A DNA stretch of 64,000 nt from Eledone cirrhosa (lineage: Eukaryota): positions 350,052,001 through 350,116,000 of the forward strand of contig OZ024740.1 of assembly GCA_964016885.1 (NCBI GenBank), read 5' to 3'. Below are positions 14,770 to 27,386 of the stretch, piece by piece; position 1 is the stretch's first letter, and every line of letters starts with the position of its first letter. The translations under genes and the position numbers were made by a program. The notes beneath the pieces were generated by a model, which was not told the DNA's origin, ran no database searches, and saw only the letters and a program-made list of their open reading frames with translations.

Positions 14770-15393
14770 TGTTGCGCGCGAGTGTGTGAGTGAGTGTGTT
14801 TTTTTGTGATTGTGTCTGTTGATTTTTGGCATATAGTTGATTAGTTTAAGAGAAGTTCGAAGATAATTGTAAGATTTGTACTTAGTATTTTGAATCTGTC
14901 TACATAGTTCTCTAAACCTTTGTCACTTAGTAGAACCTTAATGAATTTAGCTTTTAAGAATCTCCCTTTCCTTTAAATCTTTCTACCATGACTGACCCCC
15001 CACTGATCTTATAGACATCTGTTAGCTTAAGAGAAACTTAATGACAAGGACTGGTATGCCATCCGGAACCTGTTTATAGAATTCTGTCTGCCTTTGTTAC
15101 TCTAAAAACAAAAATTAATAAAAATAAACTATAGCTTTGTAGAATTAGCTTTTAATGAATTCCCTTTTCTATCAACCAATGACCTACACCCATCCCACTC
15201 CCCACCCTCTCCTACCACTTGTAGAGACCTATAAATACCATATTTATTTTTTGATACCCAGATTCCTGATGATTTCTAAAGAATGAAACAGTTCTAGTCC
15301 TGTAGAATCTCATCTATATTAAAACTTTTATACTCTGCAATGTATTGAGTACCTTACTTACTGTGGTTACCTCCGATTCAACCTGGAATAACG
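14770..15393 (+). mobile_element. PLE 3' UTR/pLTR, probably the distal end of family A
   Basis: Contains an HHR; ends ...GGAATAACG|(TA)n exactly like the copy at 59956-60076. Confidence 0.7.
15260..15310 (+). ncRNA. Type I hammerhead ribozyme
   Basis: AGATTC-CTGATGA-tTTCT(aa)AGAAt-GAAA-CAG(ttctagtc)CTG-TA-GAATCT; GUA site. Confidence 0.88.
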
Positions 15394-15422
15394 TATATAT
15401 ATATATATACATATATATATAC

Positions 15423-15566
<144 letters not shown>

Positions 15567-15568
15567 GT

Positions 15569-15603
<35 letters not shown>

Positions 15604-15605
15604 TG

Positions 15606-15646
<41 letters not shown>

Positions 15647-16297
15647 GAGTAAGTACCGGTTCAACGGAGACGATAAAAACAAATAACGAAACGAAATTAA
15701 ATTTCATACTAGTATTTCAGTATACATATATGGATGTACATCTTTAACTTAATTGTTTAAGCGTCAGTCATACAAAAGTGAGTTACAAACGAAACGAAAT
15801 TTAATTTCGTTTCGTTATTTGTTTTTATCGTCTCCGTTGAACCGGTACTTACTCACACTCTATGCAAATTAGTCTGCCCACTACTAATTTTCATAGAAAA
15901 AGCATATAACGATATGTGCTTTTACGATTCTCTAGAGAGGCCGGAAGATAGGTAAATATTGCTGATGAGTTGTAACAACAACGAAACTAGTTCAATATTC
16001 CTTGTCTGGCTTTCTGGAGAATAGAGGAAAGGTGTTTCCTCAAAAACCAGTATGACTCTAAAAACCGGTTTGTCTGTGTGTTTACATACAGAATAGCTGG
16101 CCACTCACAGTAAAGTGACCAGTGAAAAAACTTGGTACATCTACATATGTATACGTGTGTGTATTCATATACATACTAGTATTTCAGTATACATATATGG
16201 ATGTACATCTTTAACTTAATTGTTTAAGCGTCAGTCATACAAAAGTGAGTTACAAACGAAACGAAATTTAATTTCGTTTCGTTATTTTTGTTTTTAT
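15647..16297 (+). mobile_element. Non-coding retrozyme-like element: 467-nt unit with ~120-bp terminal redundancy plus short inverted 5' piece
   Basis: 15705-15827 is repeated at 16172-16297 (period 467); 15647-15704 is the reverse complement of ~15800-15855; central HHR; many hairpins; no ORF. Confidence 0.8.
15955..15999 (+). ncRNA. Type I hammerhead ribozyme
   Basis: AATATTG-CTGATGA-GTTGT(aaca)ACAAC-GAAA-CTAG-TT-CAATATT; 7-bp stem I; palindromic ACTAGT stem III; GUU site. Confidence 0.9.
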
Positions 16298-16593
16298 ATA
16301 TATATTCATATATATATATATATATAGCGGCGATGAATTAGTTTTGCGAGGTTTTTTATATGAAATCGTGTGTCGAAACAGATATTGTTATATTTGGGGA
16401 GGGTCATATTTGCGTAATATTGCCAGAATTAATAACAGAACACACTCACTGTTTGGTTGGTTTTCGCTTCTCGCTGTCTTTTATATATATATATCTGCGA
16501 TCTAACTTACTCGGTCCTCAATGTTGCCATTGACTGACCGGCGGTCAAAAATAATACAGATACAATATAGACAAACACATATATATATAGTTT

Positions 16594-16635
16594 ACATAAA
16601 TCTTTCGTTGCACATCTGCAACATCGTCAGTGGTG
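16594..16635 (-). ncRNA. Hammerhead-like motif, N1 3' UTR (weak stem I)
   Basis: CTGACGA-T-GTTGCA(gatg)TGCAAC-GAAA-GATT-TA; stem I only 2-3 bp. Confidence 0.5.
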
Positions 16636-16904
16636 TTATATTCATTGTTCCTCCTGTTGTGTTGTATGTCTACGCCATTTTTTTTTTGTTCAGTCTGTCT
16701 ATATATTTATTTATTTATTTGCTTGTTTGTTTATCTTATTTTATTTTGTCTTCTTTGCGCATGCGTTTGCGTGTGTGTATAGTGTTATGTGTGATGTGTG
16801 ACTAGTGTGTATAGTGTTGTGTCTGCTGGGTGACTAGTGTGTGTTTATGTGCTTGTGTATGTATTTATTTATCTTATTTTATTTAATTTAATTTACTTAT
16901 TTAT

Positions 16905-19900
16905 TTATACTTCTCTTAGGTCAGTGTTGTTTGTTTGGGTGTTGTTGTTGTTCCACTCATTCTTTCTGTTTAGCTTTGGTCTTCTAATTTCTATTTCACT
17001 GGCCTCTCTGATTTGCCTATCTGCTGGGTCATTCCTATGTTTAGATATTATTCTAATTTCTATGTTGTCTATGTTACCGTCATGATGTTGTCTAGCATGT
17101 TCGTATAGTACTGACCCGTTTTTTCGTCCTTTTAGTTCCCCCCAGTGTTGGTCTATCCTTTCACCTATGCTACGAGCTGTCTCACCTATGTATGTTGTTG
17201 TCGTGTTTCTGCAAGTACCCTCTGTACATCTTATGCTATAGACTACGTTTCTAGTTTTACAGTTTATCCGGGGGTTCACCTTACATATGATACATTTCCT
17301 ATTGGTACAGTGGGTTTTCTTAAAAGGGTAGGTTTTGCTGATCAGGGATTTTATGGTGGTTCCTGGCTTTTCTACCACCTTTATTTTTAAGTGGGTCTTT
17401 CTCAGGGCCTTTCTACACTGGTTAGCTAATTTCCCTCCAGGGGTGGCGTCCACAAACATGACACTCTGATATCTCTGGTTGCCGTACCATGATGTGGCCT
17501 TCCCTATCTTATGTCTAGCCCTATCTAAGCTATTCCATGATTTGCTCCTGTATAGTGGGCAAATTCCTTTCATGTCCAGTTCTATGAGGGTCTTATACTT
17601 TTCCATGGCTCCTTTGTATACTCTGACTCTGTCTCTTTGGTTGTAGCCAGAGAACTGCATGCGGTTGATGAAGTGTTGGATGTGTCCTTCCATTTCTGTT
17701 GGGTCGCACATGCTGGACACATTCTTCATCACTCGTACCAAATCTGCGATCAGAATATTAAACTTAGCACTACTGGACATTGCTGAGTTTTTGAGTATCA
17801 GGTATTTGGAGGCCATGGGTTTAGCATAGTGTGAGTGGAGAATTTGGGCTCTCTCGTCTATAGTGTTAATCCAGAGTTCTGTGTCTAATACAGGTAGTCT
17901 ATTGTTAGGGTGTTTGGAAGGGAAGTCTATAGTTACAGTTATACTCTGGTGTATGGAATTAGCTATCTGCTGGATGCTTTCCATCGTGCTACGTTCTAAA
18001 TCAAACTTGTTAGTGCTCTCTAGTGGGGGTGTTCTTATAACTATATTGATATCGTCTACATAACGAGAGTACATGATGAGGTCTATGGAGCTTTCATTAA
18101 GGAGATCTTTAAGTCTCCTTTCCCACCATACCATGAAAAGGTTGGCAACATCGCCAGCTATGCTGACGCCGATGGCTGCTCCCTCATTTTGGGTGTAGAT
18201 TTTCTCATTGAACTTAAATATGTGGCCCTTTAGGGTAGTTTTGATACTAGCCCCTATTGCATGTGCGACCATTTTTCTTACCTGATCAGTGTTTTGGGGG
18301 GTCCGTATAGCTTTGGTCCACCCAATCCACCTTCCTATGGGAGTCTTTTTAGCCATTGAGGTTATGGTGGGGGGTCTACCTCTTATAGGTCTACTAGGGC
18401 AGAAACATCTAAGGTCATGGCTGTCTAGGTAGTCAGTGTCGTAGGTAAGTCTAAGTAGGAGGCCCAGTTCGTCTGTGTCGACGTCGCAGAACTCCACCTC
18501 ACTCTCAATGATCATCTCCACACATCTTTTCACAGCAAAATCAATGTTAATGGATGGGTACAGTGACACCACATCCATGCTGCCTATTATGCAGTTGGAT
18601 AGGCTCCTGTTTTTGTTGCACTCACTGATTCTGCTGAGGAGGTCCTCTGTACTTTCACATACATCTGGGGACATCTTGATTATGGGGCGTATAACCATTG
18701 AGAGGAAGTAGGAGATCCTGTAGTTGCTAGCTATATTAGCTCCGCATACAGGTCTTGTTGGTGGTCCTATTGTCGGGTCGTCGACTGTCTTGTGGTCTTT
18801 GCGGAGCCCATACAAGGGTGGTATGCCATTGTTAGACGCCTGGAAGTTGTTGGCAGTGCGTCTGCTTGGCTTTAGGATGTCAGTCCACATCATCATGTGA
18901 GCGTTGAGGATTTTTTCTCTCCCATCGTGTGTTAGTTGTGCAACTTCGCTCGTGTTGGTGATGTGGGGTTGCATTGCCTCGATGTAGTTCGGCATGCTAT
19001 CTATTGACATCCTACCAGACTTATCTGTGGGTAGACACACTACCTCACCATCCCTTGTGCGCTGCTTGAGGCTAACCAAGCCTTCTACAGGTTTTATCCC
19101 AAGTTGTTGGGCCTCTGGTCTGCTCTGTCTCATAGTGTACCTGTCTACTACTTGTCTAATCTTATTTCTAGCTATGGTGAACTGTGCCTCCGTCTCGTCA
19201 TCTATTTGTTGTGGTATGCAAACTCTTTTATTAAAGGGTAACCTCGTAGGATAGATATTACCCATCTTATATGTTTTGTCAGCTGGGTTGAAAAATAGTT
19301 TCTCTAAGGGGTTGTCGTTATTTCTATCGTCATAGTTGTGTGTGTTGCTATTATTGTTATCATGGTGGTTGTTGTTGTTTCTATCCTTAGCATTAATATT
19401 ATTATTGTTATGATTGCTAGATGTATTGTTGTTTACTTCACCGTTATTGTTGTTGTTACTGCTATTTCTACCATTGTGGTTGTTACTATTATTATGTTTC
19501 TTGTTTTTGTTGATGTTGCTACATGTACTATTTCCATTATTACCACTGTGGTTATTGTTGTTGTTGTTGTTCGTATTGTTACCGTTATTACTACTGTGGT
19601 CACTGTTGCTGTGTCTGTGGTTAACGTTTCTATTATTATTATTATTGTGGTTGTTGTTGTTCTGTCTATCGCTAGTATTATTACCATTATCACTATTTCT
19701 CACTTTCCTGCCATTGTTATGGTTATGGCTGTTATTTCTATACCCAGAGTTATTGTTTATATTACTACTACCGTTATTATTGTTGTTGTTTACCTTTGCA
19801 TTCCAACGTATTTTTGTGAAACACTTTTCCAGCTCCGTTTTGCATTCCATAGGATTAATCTTTTTGTAGATGGCAAATTTTGGTGGTAACTTTAGGATTT

Positions 19901-20417
19901 GTTGTTCTTGTTCACTGATTAAAGTGTTCCCATAGATATTTACTGTGTGGTCATTGGTAAATTCTTCCGGTAGTTTTACATCACTCATACGGATGTTGTC
20001 GATGTTATCTGGGTATTTTTGAGAATATTCGATTTTCCTTTCTTGTAGTTTTTTCTTATTCATCCATTCTAATTTCTTCTTGAAATGCCTACAGCATTCG
20101 TTTTGAGCATATTTCGTTTCGCGTCGGATGACGCTCATGAAGTCATCTCTCTCGTTTGCTGTGATGAGATTTCGGATTTCCTTACCGTTGATGCGTTTTT
20201 GTCTGTAGAGTGCGTTGACTTTTGTGTATGTTGTTCTTTTCATATTAACTGTTATTGTGTGTTTTAGCCGTTCAGCTTGTGTTTTGTTCAATAATAAATT
20301 ATTTACTTGTTTTGATATGTTTGTTGTGTATGTTTTGGAGGAAACACAGTGTTTTAAGAAGCGGATTTGTTCTGTTGTTATTGTAGTTTTTATATAACAG
20401 AAAACAGTGTCTTTCAA
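16905..20417 (-). CDS. Neptune-type PLE polyprotein (RT + GIY-YIG), open for 1170 codons, extreme N-terminus missing
   Basis: TDKSGR, LYGLRKDHK, TRPVCGA, SMDVVSLYPSI, EGAAIG, RYVDDI, LPVLD, CTNRKCIIC linker, VVYSIRC...[30 protein letters not shown]. Confidence 0.92.
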   Translation of the reverse strand: MKDTVFCYIKTTITTEQIRFLKHCVSSKTYTTNISKQVNNLLLNKTQAERLKHTITVNMKRTTYTKVNALYRQKRINGKEIRNLITANERDDFMSVIRRETKYAQNECCRHFKKKLEWMNKKKLQERKIEYSQKYPDNIDNIRMSDVKLPEEFTNDHTVNIYGNTLISEQEQQILKLPPKFAIYKKINPMECKTELEKCFTKIRWNAKVNNNNNNGSSNINNNSGYRNNSHNHNNGRKVRNSDNGNNTSDRQNNNNHNNNNNRNVNHRHSNSDHSSNNGNNTNNNNNNNHSGNNGNSTCSNINKNKKHNNSNNHNGRNSSNNNNNGEVNNNTSSNHNNNNINAKDRNNNNHHDNNNSNTHNYDDRNNDNPLEKLFFNPADKTYKMGNIYPTRLPFNKRVCIPQQIDDETEAQFTIARNKIRQVVDRYTMRQSRPEAQQLGIKPVEGLVSLKQRTRDGEVVCLPTDKSGRMSIDSMPNYIEAMQPHITNTSEVAQLTHDGREKILNAHMMMWTDILKPSRRTANNFQASNNGIPPLYGLRKDHKTVDDPTIGPPTRPVCGANIASNYRISYFLSMVIRPIIKMSPDVCESTEDLLSRISECNKNRSLSNCIIGSMDVVSLYPSINIDFAVKRCVEMIIESEVEFCDVDTDELGLLLRLTYDTDYLDSHDLRCFCPSRPIRGRPPTITSMAKKTPIGRWIGWTKAIRTPQNTDQVRKMVAHAIGASIKTTLKGHIFKFNEKIYTQNEGAAIGVSIAGDVANLFMVWWERRLKDLLNESSIDLIMYSRYVDDINIVIRTPPLESTNKFDLERSTMESIQQIANSIHQSITVTIDFPSKHPNNRLPVLDTELWINTIDERAQILHSHYAKPMASKYLILKNSAMSSSAKFNILIADLVRVMKNVSSMCDPTEMEGHIQHFINRMQFSGYNQRDRVRVYKGAMEKYKTLIELDMKGICPLYRSKSWNSLDRARHKIGKATSWYGNQRYQSVMFVDATPGGKLANQCRKALRKTHLKIKVVEKPGTTIKSLISKTYPFKKTHCTNRKCIICKVNPRINCKTRNVVYSIRCTEGTCRNTTTTYIGETARSIGERIDQHWGELKGRKNGSVLYEHARQHHDGNIDNIEIRIISKHRNDPADRQIREASEIEIRRPKLNRKNEWNNNNTQTNNTDLREV

Positions 20418-21976
20418 TAACCTTTCAGCTACAAAATGAGGGAGCAGCCATCGGCGTCAGCATAGCTGGCGATGTTGCCAACCTTTTCATGGTATGGTGG
20501 GAAAGGAGACTTAAAGATCTCCTTAATGAAAGCTCCATAGACCTCATCATGTACTCTCGTTATGTAGACGATATCAATATAGTTATAAGAACACCCCCAC
20601 TAGAGAGCACTAACAAGTTTGATTTAGAACGTAGCACGATGGAAAGCATCCAGCAGATAGCTAATTCCATACACCAGAGTATAACTGTAACTATAGACTT
20701 CCCTTCCAAACACCCTAACAATAGACTACCTGTATTAGACACAGAACTCTGGATTAACACTATAGACGAGAGAGCCCAAATTCTCCACTCACACTATGCT
20801 AAACCCATGGCCTCCAAATACCTGATACTCAAAAACTCAGCAATGTCCAGTAGTGCTAAGTTTAATATTCTGATCGCAGATTTGGTACGAGTGATGAAGA
20901 ATGTGTCCAGCATGTGCGACCCAACAGAAATGGAAGGACACATCCAACACTTCATCAACCGCATGCAGTTCTCTGGCTACAACCAAAGAGACAGAGTCAG
21001 ACATGGAAAAGTATAAGACCCTCATAGAACTGGACATGAAAGGAATTTGCCCACTATACAGGAGCAAATCATGGAATAGCTTAGATAGGGCTAGACATAA
21101 GATAGGGAAGGCCACATCATGGTACGACAACCAGAGATATCAGAGTGTCATGTTTGTGGACGCCACCCCTGGAGGGAAATTAGCTAACCAGTGTAGAAAG
21201 GCCCTGAGAAAGACCCACTTAAAAATAAAGGTGGTAGAAAAGCCAGGAACCACCATAAAATCCCTGATCAGCAAAACCTACCCTTTTAAGAAAAACCACT
21301 GTACCAATAGGAAATGTATCATATGTAAGGTGAACCCCCGGATAAACTGTAAAACTAGAAACGTAGTCTATTAGCATAAGATGTACAGAGGGTAACTTGC
21401 AGAAACACGACAACAACATACATAGGTGAGACAGCTCGTAGCATAGGTGAAAGGATAGACCAACACTGGGGGAACTAAAAGGACGAAAAAACGGGTCAGT
21501 ACTATACGAACATGCTAGACAACATCATGACGGTAACATAGACAACATAGAAATTAGAATAATATCTAAACATAGGAATGACCCAGCAGATAGGCAAATC
21601 AGAGAGGCCAGTGAAATAGAAATTAGAAGACCAAAGCTAAACAGAAAGAATGAGTGGAACAACAACAACACCAAACAAACAACACTGACCTAAGAGAAGT
21701 ATAAATAAATAAGTAAATTAAATTAAATAAAATAAGATAAATAAATACATACACAAGCACATAAACACACACTAGTCACCCAGCAGACACAAACACTATA
21801 CACACTAGTCACACATCACACATAACACTATACACCACACGCAAACGCATGCGCAAAGAAGACAAAATAAAATAAGATAAACAAACAAGCAAATAAATAA
21901 ATAAATATATAGACAGACTGAACAAAAAAAAAAATGGCGTAGACATACAACACAACAGGAGGAACAATGAATATAA

Positions 21977-22018
21977 CACCACTGACGATGTTGCAGATGT
22001 GCAACGAAAGATTTATGT
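21977..22018 (+). ncRNA. Hammerhead-like motif, N1 inverted copy (weak stem I)
   Basis: Same as 16594-16635. Confidence 0.5.
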
Positions 22019-22224
22019 AAAACTATATATATATGTGTTTGTCTATATTGTATCTGTATTATTTTTGACCGCCGGTCAGTCAATGGCAACATTGAGGACC
22101 GAGTAAGTTAGATCGCAGATATATATATATAAAAGACAGCGAGAAGCGAAAAACCAACCAAACAGTGAGTGTGTTCTGTTATTAATTCTGGCAATATTAC
22201 GCAAATATGACCCTCCCCAAATAT

Positions 22225-22262
<38 letters not shown>

Positions 22263-22303
22263 ATATATATGTATATATGTATATATATGTATATATATAT
22301 ATC

Positions 22304-22379
<76 letters not shown>

Positions 22380-22433
22380 AATATATATATACATATATAT
22401 ACATATATGTTCAACTATCTGGTAGATGGGTAT

Positions 22434-22476
22434 ACGGTGCTGATGATAGCTAACAAGCTTGAAACTAGTACATCGT
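22434..22476 (+). ncRNA. Type I hammerhead ribozyme in a ~200-bp island (22410-22610) between TA tracts
   Basis: ACGGTG-CTGATGA-tAGCT(aaca)AGCTt-GAAA-CTAG-TA-CATCGT; GUA site. Confidence 0.88.
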
Positions 22477-22609
22477 TCCTGTGTCAGTGTTGAACAAAAA
22501 GGTGACGTGGTTGCCTTAACACCGTACGGCATAAAAATTCAGGCTGTTCAGTTTGTTTACAAACGAACAAAGCGGCGTTATAATAAGCCTCAGCTAAACT
22601 GATACGTGC

Positions 22610-23534
<925 letters not shown>

Positions 23535-23729
23535 TAGGTATAGGATTATCCAAGATGTAGTGATGGTTAATTACTACACTGGATATGGTTGACGTACGGT
23601 AAGAGGTTACTCTACGAGTTATGGAAGAATTGTTCAAGAAATTTAGTTCCTGATCCTTCAGTATTCCGGAGTGTATATAAAGAATGAATAATAACAGGTA
23701 GACATCATAAAAAGGTAGTTTATTCCGTG

Positions 23730-23841
23730 TGCTTACAAGTGTTTCCACGGTGGTACTGCAGCCTAGTTCCGCTACGTGCAAATTCACAAGTATTTGCAGA
23801 ACTCGAATATCCAATGCTGTGACCACTGTTTCCTCAGAGCA
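23730..23841 (-). ncRNA. Hammerhead ribozyme with expanded stem II, in a PLE-like 3' fragment (23534-23970)
   Basis: TGCT-CTGAGGA-AACAGTGGT...ACCACCGTG-GAAA-CACTTG-TA-AGCA; imperfect stem II base. Confidence 0.6.
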
Positions 23842-23968
23842 GAATGGTAATGTAAAAACCCTTAAGTGGGGTTGTTGGTGGAAGATAGAGTGGAACAGGA
23901 AGAGAGAAAAGTAGGGAAGAAGGAGAGAGAAGGAAAGATATGCAGGGGTTGGAGAATTTATTTATATA

Positions 23969-24637
<669 letters not shown>

Positions 24638-25287
24638 ATTAAAATAACAGATTAAAGTTTAAGCAAAGAATCGCTGCTTTCACCCTTAACAGGATCTTCT
24701 GAAACTAACAAAGTCAATCTGTAAACGCAGAACTGGATATTTCAAAAAACGTTGCAACCGGAGGAAGACAGGAAGACGATACTTTGGTTCCTGGAAACGT
24801 TCGCTGGCAAAGAACGGGAAAAAACGAATAAGATACGTCATTAATAGGAGCGGTGAAAAACAATTACGCGCAAAGACAGAACCACGTTTATGGTACAAAA
24901 GAGGTGGTAGACTAATGTTCTCTTAGGTGGTGCATAGAGACGTTCTCTGGCAATGAACGAAAAAAACGAAGATAATACGTCATATGTGGATCCTGGAGAA
25001 CAATAGCACGCAAAGACAAAACCACGTAAATGGTATAGCAGAAGTCGTAGACTAAATTCTAACTAGGAGGCCGAATGAATCTCCGCTACAGAGTTAAGAA
25101 CATAGTAAATAAATACAATACACAAGTAATAGAAAAAATAAATACATACACGCAAACAAATACGTACATACACAAGCATACGCAAAAACTTACCATATTT
25201 GCTCTACGGTTCTTATATATTTGATATATATTTATCCTTATCGAGGACCTCTTTGGATTTTAGTCTTCAAATGTATTATTATTACTA
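24638..25287. mobile_element. Head-to-head non-coding PLE-type fragments (24638-~25195 minus; ~25197-25287 plus) with an internal diverged ~143-bp duplication
   Basis: The two parts are contiguous in the sister copy at 42642-42795; 24797-24930 resembles 24940-25070. Confidence 0.7.
24656..24706 (-). ncRNA. Hammerhead with one core deviation (CAGAAGA)
   Basis: AGTTT-CAGAAGA-tCCT(gttaa)GGGt-GAAA-GCA(gcgattctt)TGC-TT-AAACT. Confidence 0.6.
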
Positions 25288-25703
25288 TATGTATATATAT
25301 ATATGTATATATATATGTATATATATGTTTATATATATATATGTATATATATATATAAATATGTATATATATATACATGTATATATATACATGTATATAT
25401 ATATGTATATGTATATATATACATGTATATATATACATATATATATATATATGCATATGTATATATATATATATGTATATATATATGTGTATATATGTAT
25501 ATATATATATATGTATACATATGTATATATATATACATGTATATATGTATATGTATATATATATATGTATATATGTATATATATATATATGTATGTATAT
25601 ATATTTGTATGTATATATATGTATGTATATATATATGTATGTATATATGTATATATATATATGTATATATATATGTATATATATATATATATGTATGTAT
25701 ATG

Positions 25704-25757
<54 letters not shown>

Positions 25758-25769
25758 TGTATGTATATG

Positions 25770-25800
<31 letters not shown>

Positions 25801-25973
25801 GTATGTATATGTATATATATATATATATGTAGTTATATATGTATATATATATATGGATATATATATATACGTATATATATATACATGTATGTATATATAT
25901 ATATATGTATATATATATGTATATATATATATGTATATATATATATGTATATATATATATATGTATGTATATG

Positions 25974-26009
<36 letters not shown>

Positions 26010-26026
26010 ATATATATTATACATAC

Positions 26027-26060
<34 letters not shown>

Positions 26061-26223
26061 GTATGTATATGTATATATATATATGTATGTATATGTATAT
26101 ATATATATATGTATATATATATGTATATATATATGTATGTATATGTATATATATATGTATGTAGTTATATATGTATATATATATATGAATATATATATAT
26201 ACGTATATATATATATATGTATG

Positions 26224-26256
<33 letters not shown>

Positions 26257-26291
26257 GTATATATATATACGTTTATATATATATATGTATG

Positions 26292-26347
<56 letters not shown>

Positions 26348-26381
26348 CGTATATATATACGTATATATATATATATGTATG

Positions 26382-26412
<31 letters not shown>

Positions 26413-26513
26413 GTATGTATGTATATGTATTTATATGTATATATATATATGTATGTATATATATATATGTATGTATATATATGTATATATATATATATGT
26501 ATGTATATATATG

Positions 26514-26587
<74 letters not shown>

Positions 26588-26593
26588 TGTATG

Positions 26594-26648
<55 letters not shown>

Positions 26649-26693
26649 GTATATATATATGTATGTATATGTATATATATATATGTATGTATA

Positions 26694-26733
<40 letters not shown>

Positions 26734-26737
26734 ATAA
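25288..26737. repeat. (TA)n/TATG microsatellite
   Basis: Seen directly. Confidence 0.97.
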
Positions 26738-26861
26738 GAAACCACTGGTAAATGGAATAATTGCCTTATGTTGTTTATTACATAATAATAATTAAGCTCT
26801 GTTGCTTACATAGAGCACTCTTTTTTCCTGGACTTTTCCGACGGAATTACTTCATTCACAC

Positions 26862-26904
<43 letters not shown>

Positions 26905-27064
26905 TTTATATATATATGTATATATATATATATGTATATATATATATACGTATATATTTATATATATGTATCTATGTATTTATATATATATGTACATATA
27001 TATATATGTATATATATATATACGTATATATATATATATGTATGTATATATATATATATATGTA

Positions 27065-27385
27065 TCTCGTTTCTGAATGTGTTTAGCAAGATTCTTTATC
27101 TAAAATCGTGTGTTGAAACCGATATTGTTATACTTTGGGAGGGTCATGTTGCCAATAAGAAACACACGCACCAGTTGCTTTCACTTCAGTTTATTATAAT
27201 AAATTTATAATAAATTTATAAATTTATAAATTTCTGGTTAGTTGGTTGGTTCCACATCCAGATAGTTGTTTATATATAGTCATAGTTCTTTCGTCACACA
27301 CTCTGTGACCTCTTCAGTGACTGGGGATTCCTTTCTTTGTTTCTGTGCCTCTCCTTTGTTCTGTCCTACGCCATTTTGTTTCTGT
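27065..27385 (-). mobile_element. N2 PLE 3'-terminal fragment with HHR (27278-27322), abutting the Helitron
   Basis: Near-identical to 32925-33235. Confidence 0.85.
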
Positions 27386-27386
27386 A

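Larger units (their letters stand above)
16326..22229. mobile_element. Neptune-type PLE family N1: near full-length minus copy (16326-20431) plus inverted 5'-truncated copy (20432-22229)
   Basis: 20432-22229 is the reverse complement of ~16385-18191 with small indels; both ends abut (TA)n. Confidence 0.92.

Noticed and set aside
19338-19889. Hydrophobic Val/Leu-rich plus-strand ORFs resembling membrane proteins
   Set aside because: Antisense shadow of the Asn-rich tract
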